Assembly (NCBI RefSeq): GCF_902652985.1 | Contig: NC_047022.1 | Span: 16,926,001-16,990,000, forward strand | Direction: 5' to 3' | DNA: 64,000 nt | Origin: Pecten maximus | Taxonomy: Eukaryota | In this document: piece by piece, positions 42,017 through 54,666 of the stretch | Layout of the letters: each line of letters begins with the position of its first letter | Numbering within the stretch: position 1 is the first letter of the stretch | Made by a program: the position numbers and the translations under genes | Notes under the pieces: generated by a model | What the model was told of the DNA's origin: nothing | The model's database searches: none | What the model saw: only the letters and a program-made list of their open reading frames with translations

Positions 42017-43468
42017 GATTAATCATTTTAACTCGGCAGTGCCACCAATGTAAGTAGTAGGGAAAAGTGCCGGTGCTGGGCCACCTCTTCCCTCTATATA
42101 TCCCTTACCGCTTCCCTGGCGCCCCCAGATGATCACATAGGGAGTTCTCGACTACAAATGTTTTACGACAACTTGAAATAATATTGATATAAAAAAATCG
42201 CTGTTATAATTTTGACCTGATGTTGATCTTATGTAAGGCGAAAACTCGTGGAATGGTTTACAACACAATTTCGTCCCTCAGTAAGTGGTGGTGTATATTA
42301 ATATAAGCTATCAATAATGGGTACAATCTCATAAGAAACTACACAAATATATGTTATGGACACATACCCTTTTTGTTTGCTTCCTCCGGATCCCATCCTG
42401 GCTTTATGGAGCTCACACGAACTTCTTCCTTTGTATTAAGTCTATCATGACATCTCCTAGCAATCGGATTGAAGATTGGTCACTTTACATTACTTGTTAC
42501 ATACTCGAGTCCTATGTTAGGTTTGCCAGCCTCTCCGAGCCATTCTGTTGTTTTCTATCTTCCAATTCCATAAAATGATTTGTGTCTTCATGCAATTCAA
42601 TTTTAAAATATCGAAAATACAATGAGTCATTTGCCGATTCGCGGAACCGATGTACCTCTTACCTGGAATTTTCATACAATATATTGATATATGTCTTAAT
42701 TATAGTGTTATATAGCGACCTTTTAAATGCAGAACATATCGACCCGACTGTGTGCATGCTACACAGGATTTTAACTGTTGTGAACGTCTATTCAGCAGGA
42801 TTGTTAAGCAAATGGTATATACATATACCAGTCTGCTGGACCAGGAAGTAAAAACGATTGTCATGTGTTATTGGAGTATAATACAGTCTTTAGAAATTGG
42901 GAGGTCGAGTTGCGCAATGGTAACACATTCGCCTTGCGGCTGTTTGCTAACGAGGTTCGATTCCCTGTGGGTTTTCCTCACGTACTCAGGCTTCGTCTAT
43001 GTTACAGTAAGTTTCATCCTTCCGGGCCAACATGAGTGATTAATTAATAGAAGTTGATAAAAATAGAAAATGTTTTATATCACGATATTTGGTTGGTGTA
43101 TTACTTGGATGACCACTATTCAAGGTCACAGGGGTAGAATTTCTTAGCATCCAGAAATCGTTTCTTCTTGTTGACTAAAAAGCCAAGAATTGAGAAATTT
43201 CGCTGGTACATGTAGGTTCAATGGTTAATACATGACGAACTATGAAGTATGTATCATGTACTATCACCTCAAACGACGTCTTTTAAAAAGTTCTATGATC
43301 AATATATCTGACTGGAAGGTTCATTGAATGATGCTTCAGAAAGTTGCAAATAGAACTGGCCTTGACCCACTTTCAAGATAACAGAGGTCAAATATGTTAA
43401 AACGTCCTTGACGACCTCTGATTTACAGCACGGCATTGAAACAAGACGTTTGATTGGTACGTTCTTTG

Positions 43469-43568
43469 GCAATCGCAACATCTCGGGGAAATTTCCGGCA
43501 ACACTCGGAAATCTACTGGAGTAGATTTCCGAGTGTTGCCGGAAATTTCCCCGAGATGTTGCGATTGC
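43469..43568. mobile_element. Perfect 100-bp palindromic MITE
   Basis: 49-bp perfect arms around a GG spacer. Flanked by GTTCTTTG (8-bp TSD), or CGTTCTTTGG (10 bp) for a 98-bp element. Confidence 0.9.
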
Positions 43569-44750
43569 GTTCTTTGGATAACACCCGATAAAATTCGTGA
43601 AAACTTATGACCTTGGCCCATAATCAACGGCACAGAGTTGGATAACATAAACACGTTCTTGGAGTTAACATAGGAGACAAGGGCTTCATCTCTGTCTTAA
43701 TGATTTTTGTTCCAAAACAATTAAATTACCTTAAGCGCCATTACACGAACACTTTTTAATTCATTACGTCATTGGTGAGTTAATATAAAGACGAAATATT
43801 AATTGACATATGCTGTACCTAAAACTGCTTGAAATGCTCAACACACATCGAACGCGCCTACGGTTGATGAAGAAGACGTGCGAGGCCCGCGAGATCCTTG
43901 AGGTTTTCGCCGTCCATATACATGTAGGTACCTCATGGAGTGGAAGTACGGCCGTTTGTTACCAAAGCTTACATTTTGGTTTACATATGCAAAAATAAAT
44001 TAATATGGCGTCGGTGTTTATGGACATGGATGATTTAGCCGCCCTGTCAGCTGATTGCCAATCAAGAATTTATACTTCATTTATACAGCCTTATCTGAAA
44101 TCAGGGATTATCACGACTCTTGCAAGGAGCTGTACTAGGCCTAGGCTGTTCATCGAAGTTGCTTCGACAAATACTTGAAGCAATAGGATCAACTACAACC
44201 ATAATGAACTAGAGTTAATGTTATATGTTTTTAGGAGTGACAATTGCATGGAGCGAAACGGTTAATGACTCGTAAACCAGGTTTTTAGGAAAATTGAAGC
44301 TGTCAAAAGCGTACCTTCAAAGTTTGCATTAGCAACAGCAACCACAAATCAACATTTAAAATCAACATGTTTTATATAGATTTAAAAAGGGGTTTCAACT
44401 CCGTCGACAGACCTTTCGTTGTGGAAACCTTTAAAAACGTCGACCGTTATAATACAAAGCAAGGAGAATTGATTGGGTGTGACTGGATGTCAAGTTGTAA
44501 GTTAAAAAAGTTAATGACGATAGGCTTCTCTATAGTCACCTTACTGGTCCCGTAAGAATTGGAAAGTGGAACGTAAAGTGTTGGGGACAGGGATAACGTC
44601 CTCGCCGTTGTTCGGCGAGCAATCGTTGTTGACGTTCGCGATTAGATTAAACGTAAATGTCTTTGTTATGTGACATTTGTTTGGTACATCTCTCCTAATG
44701 ATGAGGAGGATACATGGCAATATTAAGCCAACTTATCATTTCAGTTTGAG

Positions 44751-44810
44751 GAAGGAAGGAAGGAAGGAAGGAAGGAAGGAAGGAAGGAAGGAAGGAAGGA
44801 AGGAAGGAAG
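44751..44810. repeat. (GGAA)n microsatellite
   Basis: Read directly. Confidence 0.95.
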
Positions 44811-45329
44811 TGTCACGTTATCACAAGTACAGTTTTTGATCTATATAATTAAAAATTATATTCCTTTATCATGATTTAAATTCTAAAGATTGAGATGCTA
44901 TAATCAAAATCTTGTTAATTTGACTGTAAAACTTATCATTTGCCTCTTAAAACTTTATACAAAATAATACATTTACAATTACAATGTATATATCTACTCG
45001 AAAAATTGTAAGCAAGCTCAAAATCTTTGATTGTGACTTTAAAGAAAACATAAATATGTGTTAATGTAAGTATATAAATCAATCAATCAACCAATCAATT
45101 AATTGAAATAAATCAATCAATCAAGGATGTATGCTACTATATTTCGATTACAAGTTTTCACTTTCCTTGTCTAAAGCTGAATATTCCACCTTTTTTTATG
45201 AAAAAGTAGTAAAACTGACCTACTTCAAATGGAAACCACGTTTAAAGGCGAACATATTTCTGTCATTTTTGACACAGTTTCACTTCAAAATGATTATTTT
45301 CTATGTTTATTTTTATGACTGTTACAGGA

Positions 45330-45490
45330 TAAATGGAATACATGGTCAGTGTCTTAAAATATAAGCTGAATTTTTGGCTCGGGACAGAAAGACAAAAGTG
45401 GCTCGCCAAGGCTCGCCACTTCTGTCTTTCTTTACCCTCGCCAAAATACAGCTTATATCTTAAGACACTGACCATGCATTCTCTATTTAC
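45330..45490. mobile_element. Pseudo-palindromic non-autonomous element with TC/TC mismatches
   Basis: Arms of about 78 bp, CATGGTCAGTGTCTTAA...TTAAGACACTGACCATG. Centre GTGGC-TC-GCC-AA-GGC-TC-GCCAC. Confidence 0.7.
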
Positions 45491-46338
45491 ACTGCAGCCC
45501 TACTACAATTTGTATATAACTTTACCAAGCTCACTTGAAGGTTATGAGTCCATAACCACCAAATCTTTATTATGAAGTCATTATTATAGCAGAGGCATAT
45601 ATAGATGTATATGTCTCTGATTATAGTGACGTCATAATTGTCACGTCGGCGATAACGAAAGATGGCTGTTGAAAAGGCTGTTCCGTCATTGACGATAAAT
45701 ATAATTTGTCCATTCATCGTCGGAGCAAAATTCCTGGATATAGTCTTTTAAAATCGTTGTCAAATGTAAATATAAGCTAGCGCGCTTCATTAAATTTGCC
45801 TTTGTCCAGTTGGCATTCATCAGCCCATAACTTCCAATTGAAAGCAGTTCAATGCTTAAGTAAATGTTTTCTCCAGAGAAAAATGTCCAGTCACTTAGAT
45901 CTACACAAATATGAAAAAACTATTAAAAATCGATGATTTTAACAAAAAAATCCTCGATTTTTAATTTTCAATGACTTTTTCAGATGTTATTTTTGAAAAA
46001 ATCCTCGAATTTTAATAACTTTTCAGATTTGATTTTTTTCTTTAAAAACGAAGCCTTTTCACTGAGTTCGCTCCTGTGCTCAGTCTATTCAGTACATGAG
46101 TATATACATTCGGAACTCCTCGGGTATTCTTTTCAATTTTTCCGAGCTTGCCGGAAAGGCCCGAGGTTATCCGATTGGAGTATATATATATATATACATT
46201 ATATACATCGCCGGAATATAGGTCCGGAAAATATTCTTTATTTATAATTACATTTGAGCTTCCTGTAGAAAAGGGGAATTTTACGTTTGTTTTGACCCTG
46301 ACAAATATCGCGTAATTCGTTGTTGTATCAACAACACA

Positions 46339-48605
46339 ATGAGTAACGCACAAGAAAGAGCAAGGAACAAAATATCTACATTTGTTACATTGTTGGAGAA
46401 GAAAGGCATTCGACTTCTTGCGGTAGATTTCGATGAAACATTGATCTCAATCCATTCTGGGGGGTGCTGGAAAGACAGTGCAGAGAAACTGTCGCAGCAT
46501 GTTCGACCGTGTGTTCGTGATTTGATGGAAGAGGCCTTGCAACGTAACGTCAATGTTTGCATCGTCACTTACTTCACTCAGCCATGGATCATCAGAGAAA
46601 TGCTGAAATTAGTTTTCAAAAGGTGGGGGGCATTGTGACAGTGATGTATACGTAGTTATGATGTAATATAATATTGCATGAAATGATGTCATTTGTATTT
46701 CTTGATTTATATTTTTAATTGTTTACCCTGTTTTTTCGCTGCTAGCCATTTTTTTGTATATTAAATAAAACAAGAGTTAAGTAGTCTAATTGCCAATGAT
46801 TTTATTTGTAATATCTTTAAATTAAACAAAAGTGAATGAATTTGTAATAACAAAGTTTCAAATCCAATTGTATAATTGTAGCGGAACTGGACCGGGTCGA
46901 TCATCGGCGACCAGGTACATGTAGCTCAATCGGTAGAGCATCCGGCTAGTGTTCGGAGGTCCTGGGTTCGAACCCCGGTCTGGCCGTGCATTTTTCCACT
47001 CCTACTACATTTGGTGTCTGTGACCAAACCTTGTTTCAAGTGAGGTGAATACTTGACAAGGGGATACCCGTACCTGGGTTGTGAGTTGTGAAGTCTTCGG
47101 GGTCAAAGACTTAAAAAAAAGGGAGGGAAGAGTGTAGCGGAACTGGACCGAGTCGATCATCGGCGACCAGGTAGCTCAATCGGTAGAGCATCCGGCTAGT
47201 GTTCGGAGGTCTCGGGTTCGAACCCCGGTCTGGCCGTGCATTTTTTCACTCCTACTACATAATTACTTCCAGTTTGTTATATCAAATAGATGTAAAATGG
47301 GTAATTAAGTAGGGAATAAACCGGAAAAGCAATTAGAGAAATGACAAAATGGACACACAAGGATTTTAGATTAGCTTATTATGAATATGTACACAGGGAT
47401 TTTTTTCGCATTACTTAACTAAATTTGTTTTTAATACCATAGTAAAAAAAAAAATGTATATATGTAGTCAGTCGGTAGCAAATGTAGTCCTATATTTATA
47501 CCCTACATTTAGGTTGTTTAGATTGCTTTTGCAAAGAAAGCTGAAATCATATGCTGATGAAACAATATTTATGTGTCCTAATCATATATTAGCTTGCTAT
47601 TATGCAGAATATCTTATCCAAATGGTTAGCATATGCTGTAGACCTCCCATATTATGTTCAGTGAGGGAGCCACCAGTTTCTGCAATGTGACTCGGCTGCC
47701 TCTAATCAATCCTGGCTGTTTACAGAGTGATTAACCATGGCCAGCTATAGCAAACACATTTAAAAGGATATTACATAGTACTGTATATGTATAGTATATA
47801 TCCTATACATGTATATAATACTACATAGTTTTGATAGTCTTGAGTACATAAATGAATGTTGATATTAGTTATCATATATGGTGGTTATTATTATGCAAAT
47901 TATATTACAGATGATGCAGTGTTTTGGATAGTGTTAATTATATAACTTAAATTCCCTGTTTCGTGTTAATGATTAATTTTATTAAGTAGACTGAAAATTA
48001 ATTTCTGTATGAACCCTCAAATAATATAAGCCGCATCTGCATATCCACTCCTGTAAAATTTAACATTAAAGTTTGGGTCTGGCTTATTAAATTTGTGAAC
48101 TGATTGTATATGTCTTATCATCTCAAATTGACGATTCTTCAAAAATGAAGAAAGAGGCTTTTTGGTGGGATGGGGCTTATTTAATGTTTTACCAATAAGT
48201 TTAAACATGCCATTAAATTTCCATTTTTTGTTATTTACCAAAGTTGTGTGACATTGACTTATTGACATTGACATATATCTTTATTGTTTTTTTTTATGTT
48301 TCAGAGATGTAGAAAAGATTTATGTTCAAGCCAACACAGCAGAATTCCGTGAGAAAAACAAGCATCAAATTCTCGGCAAAGAGGCCCATTTGGCAGCAGT
48401 ATGTACAGAATTATATAATCAAAAACATGTGATCATTAAACCTGAAGAAATCATTCTGTTTGACGACGACATGGATAACATTGACACAGCAATCCAGTTT
48501 GGACATTGGGCTGTGGCTGTTAAAGATGACATAAGTTATCTCTCGTTTGATGACTTTTCCAGGATGTTTAGGAATTCTGCAACCAAGAGAAAAGTCAGTT
48601 CCTGA
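46339..48605 (+). CDS. Small capless HAD-superfamily phosphatase-like protein, 2 exons, 194 aa
   Basis: Exons 46339-46622 (AG|GTGGGG) and 48305-48605 (TTTCAG|), phase-2 join, 585 nt. Motif I LLAVDFDETL, motif II IVT, motif III K in GKEAH, motif IV ILFDDDMDN. Confidence 0.88.
46877..47259 (+). mobile_element. Non-autonomous miniature LTR retrotransposon (TRIM) with tRNA-derived Pol III unit in each LTR (Helenus-type)
   Basis: LTRs 46877-47009 and 47133-47259, both TGTAG...CTACA. PBS TGGTGTCTGTGACC at 47012. PPT AAAAAAAAGGGAGGGAAGAG at 47113-47132. TSD TAAT at 46873-46876 and 47260-47263. Confidence 0.9.
47165..47236 (+). tRNA. tRNA-Thr(AGT)-like sequence inside the 3' LTR (probably not a functional tRNA); second copy in the 5' LTR at about 46909-46986
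   Basis: 72-nt cloverleaf: acceptor GACCAGG/TCTGGCC (1 mismatch), D-arm GCTC/GAGC, anticodon arm TCCGG-CT[AGT]GT-TCGGA, T-arm TCGGG-TTCGAAC-CCCGG. T6 terminator at 47241-47246. Confidence 0.55.
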
Positions 48606-50554
48606 AAGTATTTGTAGATGTTACCCAGCGTGCTGCATTGCTTAGTGTTAGTAATTTATATATGAACATGAATAAAAATGTCACTGGTGTTAACAATATA
48701 GTTATAATAACTCGCTTGTTAATCACTGCTAAATAATTACCCGGTAATAAGCTGTTATGTAAATTAGCCTTTTTAGAAAAAAAAGGGTACCACGACGTAC
48801 CAGGCACAAGTAGAGCAAATTTGGTATAACATTTTGCTATTGTATGATCATGCACTTAACTAACATAAAAGTATATGAGGCATCAGACATTTGTTGATCA
48901 TATAAAGGAATGTTTATTAACAGCAATACAGGTTAATCAAATTGTTGAATATCCATTTTTATCTGCAAAATATTATATTAAATTTTTAATCACACTTAAC
49001 CAACAAGTTCATGTTTTAATAATACATATTCTTTAATCAGCTGATCTGAAATTGAATGTTCAAAATGACTCCATTGATATACAAAATATATGAAAAAAAG
49101 AATTTTAGTTTTATCTTTTTATTACACAATTCGAAAATATCAGTACATACATTATTATACATCTTGTACTCTAGAAGTTAATATATTCATTATTGTTTAT
49201 TTTAAAGATAATTTCAATTTTTAACAGAAAAAATAGTAATATTTCATCAATTCTTATTAAGAATGTCTTTAAATGCTTTGTTCGTATAAAGAGCAAAAAT
49301 ATATTTTTCTTTCCTGGTCTGTTATCTGCGACTCAGTTTTTTTGTACCTAACCAGAATTTATGTCAGTTAAATTTACTGTAAGTCATAATTATACCTTAA
49401 TTACATGTATAATATAACTCTTACTGAAGGTCGTAATATATCTCACTTATAGATTTGAAAAGGTTTCCCTGCATATGCAAGATTTTTTCCAAACATATAA
49501 GTAATAGAAAACATATTTTGTTGGCATAATAAATTTTGAATCTACTGAATGCTAAAATGGCACACTGATAATGTGAACATTTCATTTTTATTTGTATCTC
49601 GGTTGTTTGTCATCTTATCCTGTTTCATTTTAACTGTATGTTTTTTGTATGTCTTTTTGTTTCTGTATTTTTTTGTTTGTTGTTTTCCAATGGCAGTAAA
49701 TCAAATTATTCATCTAGATGGTGAGAATAACATATCAGATTCTATTTTTTGAAAGTGTGATGAAATATCTTTGTACATAAACATATACGTATATATATAT
49801 ATATATATATATATATGGTAATGTATGTGGTGCTGAAATGTCGGCACAGTAATTAAACCCCAAGTCTCTGTAATTTAGGGGTTCATTCTTGTGATAATCT
49901 AAGGGCTATTATTAGTTACAGTACATGCTCTAAGTACTGTGATTATGGATTTTGTTTTCAAACTTGTTGACAGAACATCACTTTCTACAAATTAAATATT
50001 ATCAGACATTTTATCAAGATGAGTTTAATCAAGATATATAAGTTTTCATGTACAACAATCTTTGTGTATTCAAGTATTTTTGTAAACTTTAGATAAGCTT
50101 AAATGTTTATTATAATATGTTTATTATGGAGAATGACCATGATAAAGATATCATCAAATTTCTGATGTCACTGAATGGATAACAGTTTTGGAGAGTCTAC
50201 CATCTTAAGATTCATTCCTATTTCTAATAGATAGGAAAATTCAGGTCCAGGTATAAACAACTCAAATTAACACAAAAAAACCAACAAAAAAACACAAGTT
50301 GTTGCATCTAAATTTCTGTGATCTCTTTTGGAATCTATAAAATCAAAACTTTGACGATGCAATTCTGTAGAAGGTATTGATAAATGAAAGTTCAGCTGAA
50401 GAGAAAACAGTTATATATATACTGTTGACAACCACATGTACAATACTTTTTTGTTGTTAGTACCACAGGGATTTTACACAAATTCCAGACCCGAAGTCCA
50501 AAATTTATTGTACATGAGCATATTATATGTGTGCGTACTATACATCAGCAGTTT

Positions 50555-50777
50555 GATGCCGCGGTTGCCGTGTGGTTAAGGTGTCCCGACACTTTATCAC
50601 TAGCCCTCCACCTCTGGGTTGCGAGTTCGAAACCTATGTGGGGCAGTTGCCAGGTACTGACCGTAGGCCGGTGGTTTTTCTCCTGGTACTCCGGCTTTCC
50701 TCCACCTCCAAAACCTGGCACTCCCTTAAATGACCCTGGCTGTTAATAGGACGTTAAACAAAAACAAACAAACAAAC
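50555..50777 (+). mobile_element. tRNA-derived V-domain SINE, copy 2
   Basis: Near-identical to copies 1 and 3; ends GGACGTTAAAC(AAAC)n. Confidence 0.85.
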
Positions 50778-51479
50778 CGATGGATATTTTGTGCTAAGTC
50801 TCTGTGGTTCATGTATGACATATGGTTTTCCACTTCTGTTATACATATAGTAGTTGTGACTACTCCATTGTGATTTTTGTGTGAAATGCTTACAACCATC
50901 ATGCCCTTCCTTTCACACGGTAAGTACATGTATGTATGTGTGTATACAGACATGTGCATTACATTGATTTCTGGAGAATATTCCTATTTGCTGCTCAGTG
51001 GTTGCATATATTGCTGTGGTTGAATCAAGCATTTTTTCAATCTCCTACCTTTCCTGAGCTGCTGAATTTATTCAATCTGCTGTCAATTTGTCACTCTTCT
51101 GCTATGTACCATGGTGTATTTTTAATCAGCTGGTGATCAAGTACCCCTGTTCTGTGTTGTGGTACCCGGGGTATATTTTAGTCACCATATCGCACCTCTG
51201 CCTTGTACAGTGGTGTTTTTTAATTTAGTCATCAGGTCACACTCCTGTTCTGTATTTGTGGTACCAGGGGTGTACTTTTTGCAACTCTTCCACTATGTAT
51301 TGCAGTGTATTTTTAGTCATTTGCTCACATATTTGCTCTGTACTGTAACATATTTGTAGTCTCCAAGTCACACATCTACTATGTACTTTGGTGTATCTTA
51401 TTTTAGTCATTAGGTCACACCTTTGCTATGAACTGGGATGTCTTCAGAGTCACAAGGTCTACTACAGAATGTACTGTGA

Positions 51480-53085
51480 AATTTGTTTTTGTACTGTGAC
51501 ATAGTTGTAGTCACCAGGTCACACTTCACTATGAATAAGAAATTTTTGTAGTCACCATCCAGGTCACACATGTACTGTGAAATATTTGTAGTTACCAAGT
51601 CACACCTCCACTGTACTGTGACATATTTGTAGTGACCAGGTCACACCTCCACTCTACTGTGACATATCTGTAGTTACCAGGTAACACCTCCACTCTACTG
51701 TGACATATTTGTAGTCACCAAGTCACACCTCCACTCTACTGTGACATAGTTGTAGTCACCAGGTCACACTTCACTATGAATAAGACATTTTTGTAGTCAC
51801 CATCCAGGTCACAAATGAATTGTGAAATATTTGTAGTTACCAAGTCACACCTCCACTCTACTGTGACATATCTGTAGTTACCAGGTAACACCTCCACTCT
51901 ACTGTGACATATTTGAAGTGACCAGGTCACACCTCCACTCTACTGTGACATATCTGTAGTTACCAGGTAACACCTCCACTCTACTGTGACATATTTGTAG
52001 TCACCAAGTCACACCTCCACTCTACTGTGACATAGTTGTAGTCACCAGGTCACACTTCACTATGAAGAAGACATTTTTGTAGTCACCATCCAGGTCACAA
52101 ATGAATTGTGAAATATTTGTAGTTACCAAGTCACGCCTCCACTTTACTGTGACATATTTGTAGTCACCAAGTCACACTTCCACTCTACTGTGACATATCT
52201 GTAGTTACCAAGTCACACCTCCACTCTACTGTGACATATTTATAGTTACCAAGTCACACCTCCACTCTACTGTGACATATTTGTAGTGACCAGGTCACAC
52301 CTCCACTCTACTGTGACATATCTGTAGTTACCAGATAACACATCCACTCTACTGTGACATATTTGTAGTCACCAAGTCACACCTCCACTCTACTGTGACA
52401 TAGTTGTAGTCACCAGGTCACACTTCACTATGAATAAGACATTTTTGTAGTCACCATCCAGGTCACAAATGAATTGTGAAATATTTGTAGTTACCAAGTC
52501 ACACCTCCACTCTACTGTGACATATCTGTAGTTACCAAGTCACACCTCCACTCTACTGTGACATATCTGTAGTTACCAAGTCACACCTCCACTCTACTGT
52601 GACATATTTGTAGTTACCAAGTCACACCTCCACTCTACTGTGACATATTTGTAGTTACCAAGTCACACCTCCACTCTACTGTGACATATCTGTAGTTACC
52701 AAGTCACACCTCCACTCTACTGTGACATATCTGTAGTTACCAAGTCACACCTCCACTCTACTGTGACATATTTGTAGTTACCAAGTCACACCTCCACTCT
52801 ACTGTGACATATTTGTAGTTACCAAGTCACACCTCCACTCTACTGTGACATATTTGTAGTCACCAGGTCACACCTCCACTCTGTGTACTTTGACATATTT
52901 GTAGTCACCAGATTACACCTCCACTCTACTGTGACATATTTGTAATCACCAAGTCACACCTCCACTGTACTATGACATATTTGTAGTCACCAGGTCACAC
53001 CTCCACTCTACTGTGACATATTTGTAGTCACCAGGTCACACCTCCACTCTGTACTGTGAAGTATTTGTAGTCACAGGTCACTCTT
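51480..53085. repeat. 41-bp minisatellite with higher-order variant blocks
   Basis: Unit GTAGTTACCAAGTCACACCTCCACTCTACTGTGACATATTT; degenerate lead-in from about 51080. Confidence 0.95.
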
Positions 53086-54666
53086 CTGCTCTGTAATATC
53101 AGTCTGTTGTGTATTTGAAGTCAGTTTCAAATTAGCTTTGTATTGCATTCTGAGAATTTCTCAAAATTGCTGATCTTGACCTACCTAGTTTGTACCCATT
53201 TATTGCAATATGGTTGGGTTTGGAATGTTTTGCTATGGGAAATTTAGTATATAATGCTTCATGAACTTCTGACAATTAGCTTAGATTAAACTTATTTACA
53301 TACTGCTGCTATAAATATGTTATTTTTGTATCAATATTACACACATTTACATCTAGTCGTCATTAATATATATACATGTACAGTACATTTTGTCACTGTT
53401 ACTGTTTTAAATGTTTTAAAGTCGAGTGATGTTTCAAATGTTTACTTGTAATTTCAATGTCAGCTAGTGTTTGTGTTATTTAGCTTTGTTAATGTTTTTT
53501 AAGAATATTGTTTGGTAAATGTTACTTGTTGTTATGAGAAATATATTTTTTTGTTTTCATGTTGCTGTGTTTCAAAAAATACAACTGAACTTTTATGTAG
53601 ATGTGTATTTCATATCATTCCTAAGTTTAGATGTTGGTTGATTTTTATTACTCAATATACATTTTTGGATTGTTTTTTCCCTCGAGTCAGGTTGTCTTGA
53701 ATTACAATATCTTTGAATATTAAATTATGGATCTTTTATGTATAATGCAGCTTCTTGTCCATTACTGAATAATAATTTACTTTAGTATAAAGTATATACC
53801 AACACACAAGTTTTAAATATGTACAAGAGGCTGACCTCTGATTTGGTTCTCCACTAAATGCTATACACTTTGTTTTAGAGTTACTTCCCTGTTTTAGAGT
53901 AACTTCCCTTGTCTGGGTAGTTCAATTTCAATTCATGATCAGTTGCTGTACGTCTTTATTTACTAGTAGACAAAACTGTAATTTATTATTGAATATTTCA
54001 AATTATCAACAGATAATAAAAATAATACTGTTATTCTGTAAAATGCACTGCAAATTTTTAAAGTGGTATTAATCTAGAAAATGAATGATGTCAGAATAAA
54101 GTGAAAGCAGTATTGGTATATTTTTACATGACAGTATCAATAACATTAAAGTTATAATAAAACAATAATCTTACTTGGTTAACATTATCCTCATTGACAA
54201 ATGTTGTATGCTTAAGCCATGTTGAAGTTGAAATGAAGATTGACATCTTTTTTAAAAGTTCTTAAGGCTTGTACTGAATTTATTAATAATGTTACTTACA
54301 GTATGTATATCTGCCCTCAAAAAGAAGAGAGACATATTGTTTTAAAAGTGTCATTGTTGTAAGCTGTTCTGATACAATCTTCCTGTGGCATGTAACCTTA
54401 TTGAACAGTTTTAAGATATCTTGATGAAAGGTCATGAAACATTTACCCTGTAATTATGTGTCACTTGATCAACACTGCTGTTCAATGTACTATAATTTGC
54501 TCAATGCTTCATTTAAAGATAACTAGTATTAATTTGTCTGTGTTTTTGAAACATCAGAATTGATTAACTTCCCCTAGGTCATTTAAGAATACTTCTACCA
54601 CAATACCCTGTGTTATTCAACTCTCAGACCATCAGTTAATCATTACAGCTGTTGATTAACAATCTG

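Noticed and set aside
43810-44560. Short ORFs between the NWD and HAD genes
   Set aside because: About 65 aa or less, no motifs or exon chain; possibly decayed transposon sequence.
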